Below, piece by piece: positions 25,001 through 37,000 of a stretch of DNA of 64,000 nt (within the stretch, counting starts at the first letter, position 1; every line of letters begins with the position of its first letter). Origin of the DNA: Pecten maximus (taxonomy: Eukaryota). Location: positions 17,856,001-17,920,000 of the forward strand of contig NC_047024.1 in assembly GCF_902652985.1 (NCBI RefSeq), in the 5' to 3' direction. The notes under the pieces were generated by a model. That model searched no databases. It saw nothing but the letters and a program-made list of their open reading frames with translations, and was not told the origin of the DNA. A program made the translations under genes and the position numbers.

Positions 25001-28000
25001 AACATAAGATTACCCCTGGTTTTGAGTCAGTGGTCATGTTTTGGCCTCTACCATGATAAACGTGTTTTAATAAATATGTATAAAATTAATAATAACAGCT
25101 ACTCTTACCTATTGTAGGGTTTCTCCAAGCATAGGCTGTTAGAACCCTTCTCAGGGCCCCAATCCCGAGGTCGGACTGGAAGGCTGGGTGTTCCGGTAAA
25201 GACCTGTTGATCAAATAAAGGAAAACTGTAAAATTCATAGGAATATGACATGTCATCAAACCAATACACTTACTTCAATGACTCTTCACTGCTAGTTAAA
25301 TATATATGTAGTCATTTCATTAGTCCCATACTGGTGAAACCATGGAGACTAAAGGTTTCCTCCCAGTCCATCTGTCTCTGTCTGCTTGTCAGTCCGTTTA
25401 ACAATACCCAGCTTGCTTGTTATCATTGACAAGAACACTGTCAGAGTGCTGCCTGATTACCTAACACAAGACATGGAGATTTCAAATTTAATACATTATA
25501 TAGGACAGGCAAAACATATCCACAGAGGTTGTATCATTATGACTTCCCAATTCATAGCCAAGACGTTTTCGATTTCGAAGCCATTAACGGATAAGATATC
25601 TTTTGATGGTTTCTATTTCTATCATATACATGTACATCAATATTAAAATGGACAAAGCCAATCTTTTTTAATAAATTAATATTTAGGTGTTTTATTTTTT
25701 CTCACAGGAATATGAACTCACAAAGCTGTTAAATATGTGAAATATTGATTGGAAATTTTACAAAACCAACGGAAACCTCACGTCATAAAGAGTTTTTAGG
25801 TTATCATGCAAGCAAATTGCTTCCTCAATTTTTACCTGTACCACTTCAGGTATAAATCTTAATGAATCTGTAGCTGTTGATATAGACATTAAAAGTTTTT
25901 GTTAAAAGTTTTCTGAAACACACGGTCACTTGAAAAGGTCCATCCTTATTCATTAATGAACAACTCTGGTTTAATCATGTAAACTGTTTGGCCATGATAA
26001 ATTGAATGGCCTGCAGCTGTCTGTAGAAAATATGAGTAGGTGAATTGTCTATATGTATAATTAAAACTTATCTGCTATCAACTTTTACCTGTGAAGATCC
26101 CTCTCTATTTCATCTGTTGCCAGTGAGTATTTGCCAGAGCTTTCCTCCACAAGTCTGCTGTAGTACCCGGGATTACAAGATTTCTACAACACATCCAGTA
26201 ATTATATGAGCAATAAATGTTTTTGTCGTGGGGAAGTCAACATATATCATAACAATATTTTACTAATTAACATACAGTTTTAATACAGAGGGGAATGACA
26301 GTTTTTTTTACTGTAACTACCAATCTATGACACACAGAAAATCGATTTATGTATTCATTAATTGCAAGCATATTTGTTATTAACATGAATCACTAGTATA
26401 TAATATGCTACTGATTAAGTCAGAAGACAGACTTTGATTATTACACAGGTGAATGATTTTAATGTTTAGATTTCTTTGCTATGTTTTGATAATATAAGTC
26501 GAGTTACCTGATAATAATCAGGTAAATTCAATATCAAAGTACATACAGGTAAACTTAATACAACTGTACCTCATTGATGGCTCCTGAGAACAACATCCAC
26601 ACCTCACCACGGTATTTCTCTGGGAGACCTTTCAGTATCAGCTGTAATGTAGCCACTGTCCGGTACATACACACACCCCTGTAAATAGTTAATATTGGAA
26701 AGTCTCTTTCAGGAACACCAAATGTTAACCAATTATTATCAAATATCATCCTTTCTATGATTTAACTCAATGACCTCTAATTAACTAGTAACTAGTTAAT
26801 TTCTGTGAGACATAAATGCCCCCGCTGCCACTTGTCACCCAAGAACCTTAGCAGTTCCTGAGATTAGCTAGTTACATTGCCATCAGGATGCGACAGGACA
26901 GGAAGGGTGGGGATGGGACGGGATGGGACGGGATTGGACGGACATGGGTAACACTATATGCCCCCCCCCCCCCCCTTCCCCCATTTCATGGCGGGGGCAT
27001 AAATAGAGTTCCATGAGCATATCTGATCACATATCCTTATAAGGTTATGTTTCAAGGTAGAAATTCTGTATTACTGGCAATACAGAAGTTAATTATTTCA
27101 AAAGAAATAATAATTATTAGCAATAGACAAGTTGGTCATGGCAATAGAGGAGTAAAGTATTGCAATATATAAAATACACAGTATATAATTATTGGCAATT
27201 GACAAGTTAATTACTGTAATAGACAAGTTAATTATGGCAATCGACAAGTTAATTATGGCAATCGACAAGTTAATTATGGCAATCGACAAGTTAATATTCA
27301 TAGGACACAACTTACCTGCCATACTCAGCAAAGTGGATGTTCCAGAGATGTTCCTTGACCGTTTCTCTGGATGACAACTCGTCAGAGTCACGTCGACAAA
27401 AGAGACTGACCAAAGCTGGCTGTAAATCAAAACTGGCACCAGACTTGTCTGTCGACTCGTTCACTGAGCTAGCATCATCCGACTTCTCCGACTTCGTTCT
27501 CGGCCTGTGACATAACCAAACCAAAACATAATTTATAAACACTGTCGACTCGTTAACAGAGCTAGAATCATCCGACTTCGATCTCGGCCTGGGACATAGC
27601 CAAATCAAAACATAATTTATAAACACTGTCGACTCGTTAACAGAGCTAGAATCATCTGACTTCTTTGACTTCGTTCTCAGCCCTGGGACATAACCAAAAC
27701 ATAAATTTATAAACAGACAACACAAAGAAAACATTAAATGTGACATCATGATCATTACAAAACTACTATGAATGTTTTTAAACATCATAAATTATCAAAA
27801 AATATAAAATTTCTGCTTGTTTTAGTTACTGTAATCAGAGATTTAATAAGATTTCAAGTCTTACCTTGCACTCGGCTGTTGTTGTTTTGCGAGGAAATCA
27901 GATATCTTCTCCAATATGAAATCTCGATCTCCAAGTTGTGAAAACATCAAATTCAACTGTGGATTGATATGAAAATGAGAGATATATATTATATGGTTTG

Positions 28001-31000
28001 CAACCAACCTTGGTCATAAAATGAAACAAATAATTGTTACCTAATAACTGAATTATCAGATATTCACAGATTCTGATTCAGAACATGTAGATAAAAAAAT
28101 TACCTATATATGGATTTTGAGGAAATTCAAACATAACTTTTTGTTTTCTAAGAAAAACTTTGAAATAAACTTATGTTGGTTTGATAAACTTAAAATCATG
28201 CAAACCTTTGCAATGGGGGCATCTACAGATTATATTGATGTGATGACAAATATAATATTAAAGTTTCACTAAAAATCGTTCATAATTAAGATAAATGATT
28301 ATACACAGCACATTCAATGAAATATGGGTACTAATTTCTGTCGTAAGAACAACTTTCATAGCATTAACTATACAACGGTGTTGGAGCTCCCTGTATGATG
28401 ACATTATGATGGATATGTGGTTACCATGGTTACAGTGTACAGTACCATGGTTACAGGGTACAGACCTTGCCCTTGGTCGTGATGACCAGGCCTTTCTGGT
28501 TGCCGTCCGATGATGCAGAGTTGTCTACCTTTTCCACCAGCTGAATCTCGCGTGTTGGCATGACAATACTGACTAGTTCGCGTACCTGAAGATAAACAGA
28601 ATATCAAACCGTTGCCTGTTAAAAACCGTTATGCACACATGTAGCAAAATTTACACAAGTATTGGTAAGACTTACATCACATCACATGATTGCTGGGACA
28701 ATTGAATGTTCTTCACCTGTAAAATCCATACCAGCTGCCTAGTACTACAGTGTAAGTTTTCTTTTAACATGAAATAACTATATATAATTATAGCAGTATG
28801 CTTTGCAGTTCTGAGACAAGTCATGCGAGTATACCAACCCTATTGGCAAAGCAAATGTAGTTCTGAGACAAGTCATGCGAGTATACCTACTCGATCTACT
28901 GGCAGAGCAGATGTAGTTCTGAGAAAAGTTTTTTTTTTTTTTTCATTTCAATAAATTTTATTGTACAGAAATATACAATAAGATCAGATAACAGACTAAG
29001 CCTATGTAAATCCTCTCCAGGACAAGTCATGCGAGTATACCTACCCTACTGGCAAAGCAGATGTAGTTCTGTGAAAATCATGCGAGTATACCTACCCTAC
29101 TGGCAAAGCAGATGTAGTTCTGAGAAAGGTAGAGTCTGCCCCAGACATTCTGTTTGTTATATGGTGTCCACAATGTACAGTCGGTGTCGCCATCCAATTT
29201 CTCCATCAATGGCAAACGAAACGCTAACCTAAACCACAAAATGTTAACAAGTGAAAAAATGTTAAAATTATTGGCAAGACAAAAGGAAAATCGTGCGAGA
29301 TGTTCTGTAAATGAGGTTATTTTTGCAAGGGATGAACTTCACAATGTAAACTATACATGTAGGGGTAGGGGGTATTTTCACAATCGATCCATCATTATTT
29401 GTAGTTTGAGATTACGTTTGTCAAATTGATATCAAAATAATATGCATGGAGGAAATTTTCGCGATCAAAAGGACTGCATATTAAGCGTAAATTTCCTCCT
29501 CACATAAATTTATCACCATTTTGTCTTAACTTATTATCTTTATTTATCAAGTAACTTTTCAACATAAATATTGTAGAACGTCATGTGCAGTAACACTATT
29601 ATACTGTAATCAATGACTTATTATCATAATGGCGCAATAAATATATGATGTCATATGATTTTCTCTGTACCAAAAGCATACTGTTCAATTTGAATGCCAG
29701 TCTCATTATAATAAAAAAAAAAATATTAATAAATAGAGTTATTATATTCTCATAACTAAGAGTTATGTGATACACAGAATCACACGTTTTAAAAGCACTT
29801 GCCATATAAAAATTCTTTAACTTGTTTAGGAAATTCCATATGGCATAGCCACAAGTGTTAAATCCTTTGTTTCTGCTCTGTGTGAGGTTGTAAGATACAT
29901 TAATATCCAAACGGAGACTCTAAAGTTAGACATTTATTAATACTCATGGCTGAATTTTCGCTTCAGAAACCAAAAAAGTTGATATACTGCCAAAATTTAA
30001 TTCTATACTGTTAAACTGTAACGAGTTATACATTTAATTTTTTTTTTTACTTAAATCATGTTTGAAAAACATTGTACAAGATAGGCATGTTTCTATTTGT
30101 TTCAGCTCTGAATATTTTTGACACTTTTTGGTATATGGCATCAAGTTGACAAACCTAAATGCATCACTTCTAGCTCTGGCATCCAAATCTCTTTTTATCG
30201 ACGATGTCTTCTTTGGCGTCTTTTTTCCTGAAAAAAATGATATATGTTTTCATTTCCCTAATTAATATCATCCATAAACCATATACAGAGTAGTTGAAGA
30301 GAGACTGTCATAGTTATACCATATTTTCAAATCTTTAAGATTTAGTGCCTTTACGCTCTTATTCTGTTATTTTCAACACTGTCCATTTATTATTGATACA
30401 GAATACATGTTCTGAATATCTTTTCATACACAAGTTCTGAAAAGCACTTTAACCAAATTATAGCAAACTTTGCAAAACATCCTGAATTAATTTAAATTTG
30501 CTACTTCAAATGGACATGCCTTAAAATACAAGATATTTCTTGATATTTCTTAAAGTATTACTGACTTTAGTTTTCATACATCTGTTTTTTAATTTATAAT
30601 TCAAATTTTCTTTAATTCCATACAATATTTCCCTTACTTTGTCCTATCTGCAATAGTCTTGTCTTCCTCAAATCCACCTTCCTGCATCAACCTTAAATGG
30701 AAACAATTTAAAATTATCTTAACTTTATCACATCAGTCAATGGTGGAAGCTTTCTGATTTTGATCATTCCAATACATTATATTTATTTTTATTTCACAGA
30801 TATTTTAAATGGCAAGAGAGTATGTTTAACAAAATAATTTTACATTAATTCTTCAAATTAACACAGATATTTGAGCTTGATGTTCATACAGATTTGATAT
30901 CTGTCGCTTGCTGATAACTATAGATGAATGATCAAAGATACCAGTTTAAATTTCTAATTTTATAAAATATGTGAAAAAATACTATAACTCACTGTTTCAT

Positions 31001-34000
31001 AGCCATATTAGCCAGCTGTTCCATTAGTCGAAAGGTCTCCCCACTTTGCAGAAGCATGGAAAAATAATACTGAAACAAGATATTTGAGAAAAAAAATCTC
31101 AATTTAGATTTGTTCCTGTTTAGACGAAGACTTTAAACTATAGAACATATTGTTATCAGGTTCTGGTGTGAAATAAATTTTCAACTTGGAAAATAAAAAC
31201 GGGCTGATATTTTTTGTCAGTATTATGGTTTTACAAGCTGATTTTAACATTACATATATATATATATATATCATGTTTTTCTCTAATATAAGAGGAAATT
31301 ACCTCTCCTTCTCTTGTCTTCACCACCAGACTATCGGGAAACAGCACATTGTTACCAATATCTAATTTCTGAAAAAGAGTAATTTGTAATGACATGCAAT
31401 GTGCTAGTACTGATTTTATTGTTGTAACAATTGTCTTCAGAAATAACAAGATAACAAAAGCAATATTTAAAAAAAATCTCTTTCTTGATGTGTTAACATT
31501 TAATTCCTTCATTTGAATAAAGTTTAGGTTGTCAAAATCAAGCTGACTGGAAAATATGTATTTTTTTCCAAGAAGTAAAAGTTATAATCTTTACACTAAT
31601 AAGTCAGTTTCACTCTCAAGATAAACCAAAGTTCTTCGAGCACTAAGTCCTGAAAATTCTTAATTCGACTCGAAGTATCACTAATTACCGCAAAGACATA
31701 CAGTATTTGTATACGATACGCCTTTTTCTTGTACATTAATCCGGCTTTAATTTCATTACATATAGGCACAAACACTCATATAATCATCGTTCGGACATAG
31801 ATTTCATCCATAGAAATTGTGCATGTTTCTGATTTCCGAACGAAGGAATGCCCTGCCCCTTTAATCAGAATATCAATTCTTTCATGGCAGAAAATGTTTT
31901 CACCGCCTACAAAAGAGGCACATATAAATGAAAGGGCATCTGTATGCATAGAATTTTTTACAATCAATCATAATCTCCAACTGGAAAAACTGATGAGTTT
32001 CAAATTTGAATATGTTAAATGTGTACAAGATATGGTGTCTATTTGTTGGTTTGGCGAACTTGTTCACCTCTTTTGTTCGTTGGTGTGCAAAACATATTCA
32101 TTTATTTTGTTCATTGATTTGGCGAACCTGCTCATCTAGTTCGTTTGAGTGGCAAACTTGTTCAACTATTTTGCTATAAATTTCAGACAAAATCCTAATG
32201 AACAGCTGGATTTAAATTCTGGCCTTGGCTGTCTTTGTGAAGACTTGCCAGAAAGCCAAAAAAAGTCAAACCATTGGCACTGTGATAAATCTAGATGGTT
32301 CAGATGTCAATATCTCACGCCCCATACTGACCAGTATGTCTGTCCAGCGGATGATGACCTTGTCCTCACGCCCCAACAGAAATGAGTAGAAACACAAATG
32401 GTTAACACTCAGATACATCCATCCCTGACGAGGCATGCGACTCTTCCAGTAGCTGCATGAGTAGTCTACAACACAAACGGTGTCCAGGTCATTTACAGGG
32501 CTCAAGTAGCGCCTATTTTAGTGGCCATGGCGCCTTAAAATCACCATTGGCGACCAGTTATTGACCTATAAGGCGCCTGCATGACCACTTAAAAATTGTG
32601 TAAATTTGCAATTTGGTTAATCTTTCAAAGGTTGCAATTAAGATTTCTTTTTTTTTAAAAGATAAGACAACTTGAGTACTTTGGCAACTAACTTTTCAAA
32701 TTTTGTCTAGACTTTATAATTTGGTAGCCAAATAGACCACCTGGTAAAAATATCCTCTTTGAGCCCTGTCATTATCAATAGTGGTGTTCTGTTGAACATT
32801 GTGTAAATAAAACACAGTAGCAACATAATCACAAACTGTCAGATATTGTTATCCTCGATCGGTGTTTAAACTGCGTGATCACAAAATGACTTTCTACAAT
32901 ACATCCCAATATAATTGTTGCTAATACGTATTGTATTGATATATAGAGGATATTGTATGGTTTTCCATTTAATATAACATATATTTCTGAGTATAACAGA
33001 ATATCGAAATTTTCTGTCATATGAGTGAAATATATATAATATATGTTATATTAAACTTTAATATTTCAGAAATACAGCAAAATAACCAATTAATCTATAT
33101 TCGCTTCGATTGGAAAAATCAGCAAGTTTCAATGAGTTGAATACAAAGGTTCGCTCTGATTGGTCAAAAACGAAAAACTTATATTTTCCCTGCAAAAGTT
33201 TTATTTTCACTGCAAAATTTTATATTTTCACTGCAAAATTTCATATTTTCACTGTTCATCGCTGCATTGAAAATATAAATTTTATTAGTTTGATTTTCTA
33301 TATTTCACTAGCAAAAATGCAATACATTGTATATAATTATACACTTTAGTGGATTACTCTTGGCTCTGAATGACATACATGATAGACAGTTGAACAACAC
33401 AAACCCTTAAATGGGTATGGGGAAAGTTTTGATTTGAATCAAACATTATTTATCAATATGTTAATAACCCATGATATATAACTTACATTATTTACCAATA
33501 TGTAAATAACCCATGATATATAACTTACATTATTTACCAATATGTAAATAACCCATGATATATAACTTTCATTATTTACCAATATGTAAATAACCCATGA
33601 TATATAACTTATTTAACTGCTTTTCAGATAGCCTAGGTGACTGTTTTTGTTTATCAATTTGGTGATCAGTCGGTTTTTGTTTATCAATTAGGTTTGGTTA
33701 AGTATTGTTAAACATCCTAGTATCAACAGCTAAGATCATTTACAGACTGTCTACCCTGTGTACGTGTGAGATGCATGCATTTGTGTTTTGGGAGACTGCA
33801 GTATAAATATGTTTGTATTATTTCTCCTCTTGATAGCACAGAATCGATTCAGAGATTGGTCAGTTTTATTTATATTTTGCTGGTAAGTGATTGGTCAATT
33901 TGTTTAATTGATGGACCAAACCCTGCCATGAGAAATCAAAATATGCAGAGAAAATAACTTAAATTGCACCAATTTTAAGACGGGTGTTGGAATACCATGT

Positions 34001-37000
34001 TGGATACTAATTTCTTTTGGATATATATATACCAACAGATATTTTTTGTATCATGTCACTTACAATTGACTAGCTTCTCTTCCTTGGGCATGTTAAACAG
34101 CTTCATGAACTTCCTGGTCGCTGTTTTATATCTTTTAGTTTCATCATCTACAAAAAAAGACATTTTTTTCATAAAAATCATACTCAAACATTCTCTTCAA
34201 TCTCCAATCAATACAAGATACAAAGAATCTTGTAATCTAATACGAAAAGGAAATTCCTAAATTCAATCCCACTTTGATAAACTACCAAGTTATCAATAAT
34301 GTAGCATTTTGAGCATGCATAACCATTTAGTAAGAGATAAATTCACTTCTCCACACATCTATCAGACAGGATGGAATGTATCAATAAACAAGTACACTGA
34401 TCCCACAATTTACATCAATCATGTCAACAATCTCATTAAAACCTAATTAATTGTAAAAGGAGTGGGTCGGTGTGGCTTGTACATAGTGTTAAATACAGTT
34501 TCTGTCGGTCAGCTGACGGAGCATGCTTCTTTGGCTGAGGAGGTAGAGCCGTGGCTTATAATTATCATACCTGAGACCTGGGTTGGATTCCTGTTAGGGC
34601 ACTCGACAAGAAGGTGTTTTTCCCTGTGCTTTCACATACTATTTAATATAAACCCTTACATTTACGTGTAACTGTAATTTTGGAAATCTAAGAAAACTCC
34701 ATGACAACTCTCTTTACAATCTTTTCCCATGACTTGATTGGCTAGCAGACTTACCATCTTCTCTCTTTACTTGATTGGCTAGCAGACTTACCATCTTTTC
34801 CCTTCACTTGATTGGCTAGCAGACTTACCATCTTCTCTCTTTACTTGATTGGCTAGCAGACTTACCACCTTCTCTCTTCACTTGATTGGCTAGCAGACTT
34901 ACCATCTTCTCTCTTCACTTGATTGGCTAGCAGACTTACCATCTTCTCTCTTCACTTGATTGGCTAGCAGACTTACCATCTTCTCTCTTCACTTGATTGG
35001 CTAGCAGACTTACCATCTTTTCCCTTCACTTGATTGGCTAGCAGACTTACCATCTTCTCCCATGACTTAATTGGCTAGCAGACTTACCATCTTTTCCCTT
35101 GACTTGATTGGCTAGCAGACTTACCATCTTCTCTCTTTACTTGATTGGCTAGCAGACTTACCATCTTCTCTCTTCACTTGATTGGCTAGCAGACTTACCA
35201 TCTTCTCTCTTCACTTGATTGGCTAGCAGACTTACCATCTTCTCTCTTCACTTTATTGGCTAGCAGACTTACCATCTTTTCCCTTCACTTGATTGGCTAG
35301 CAGACTTACCATCTTCTCCCATGACTTAATTGGCTAGCAGACTTACCATCTTTTCCCTTGACTTGATTGGCTAGCAGACCTACCATCTTCTCCCATGACT
35401 TAATTGGCTAGCAGACTTACCATCTTTTCCCTTCACTTGATTGGCTAGCAGACTTTCCATCTTTTCCCTTGACTTGATTGGCTAGCAGACTTACCATCTT
35501 CTCCCATGACTTAATTGGCTAGCAGACTTACCATCTTTTCCCTTCACTTGATTGGCTAGCAGACTTACCATCTTCTCCCTTGACTTGATTGGCTAGTAGA
35601 CTTTCAATTTTACATCTGATGAATTCTGTTGCATCCTCATTCGCCTCAAATGCACCTAGAGAAAATGTAGAAGTTTTATCAAGTGTTTTTCATCATTTGC
35701 TCTTCATCACTTGAAGTGCGTTTGCTTTTTTTTTTTCGTTTTCATAGTCACAAATATTGATGACATCATCATGATATATTATGACATCACATCTTCAATC
35801 AATATTTCTTTGAAGTATAAAAATTCAAAATGTTATTTTGTAGATTCTTCGGGTAATGACTGTTTTTTTTTACACTAATAAAATAATAAACTAATTTAAA
35901 ACCACTTTCCTTTATTAAATTATCAAAGGTCATTGATCTCAAAAGATTTTCTTTTTAAGAATAAGTAGTAACATGTACCTGGTAATATGTTAAAAGACTT
36001 TGTTTTTAATAATTTACCAAACATAATCTTGTAACAAATTTTTTTGAAAACTGCCACAAATCATTTTCAAGAAATTATTAATTATTGCTTACTTATCTAC
36101 AGAGTATTTTGTGCAAATGATTACCTAGCTAGCTGTCATATAGTCATCAAATGCTTTCACAGGAAAAAGATTACAAATTATACTAATTTGTTTATAATTA
36201 CCCAGAGTTTCCATCAAATGTTGTTCTAGCCATTCCCAATCTTTATGAATTTCTTTTTTGTTATTGGCCACAGCCACAGCTGAAAGGTAACAAAAATAAG
36301 GTAGACAATGAAAGAGATTTCAAAACAATTATATATGCAAATGAATTTCAACTTTTCAGGATGACTTCTTGTGGTTATCAATTAATTTAAAGTGCTTTTA
36401 TCAGATAATGAGCATAAAAACAAAGCAATTAGAATCTTAAGTTTTTTTCAAATAATGACAATACATATATATTAAGTAAACCAGTCATGATAACTAGTGT
36501 TGTTCCAATAATCAATTTAATTGATGATTAGTCGTTTTACCTCTGACTATGACTAATCGATCATAATTTTTTATGATCAATGATGTTTTGACTTTAATAT
36601 AGAAATGTTCAAGATTTACAGCAGGCTTCAACAATCAATAAAAGAACAATATCACCGGTAAATTGAATTAAATATGCCTTAATTCAACATTTAAAAAAAT
36701 AGCTAAATGTCTAAAACATAGCCACATTTCTGCCTATTTTAGCTACTGTTTTTTGCAGATTTTTTCCCTTTCTGTTCATGATCGATCAATAATCGATCAT
36801 TGATCGATTAAGAAATGGTGATGATCGATCATGAAATTCATATTTATTCCCAACACTTATGATAACATACTGTAGCTGACGTCTGATCCATGGGGCTGGT
36901 GAAGTATTCTATATGGAGGTGTCTGAAAATATGTCAATTATCATCATTAGAAAGCAAGGAAATGTGAATTAAAGCGGATACAAAATGTATACAATTATAT

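Noticed and set aside
28419-28455. RFX X-box-like GTTACCATGGTTAC motifs
   Set aside because: They are part of a short tandem duplication next to a donor deep inside the gene, with no promoter context.
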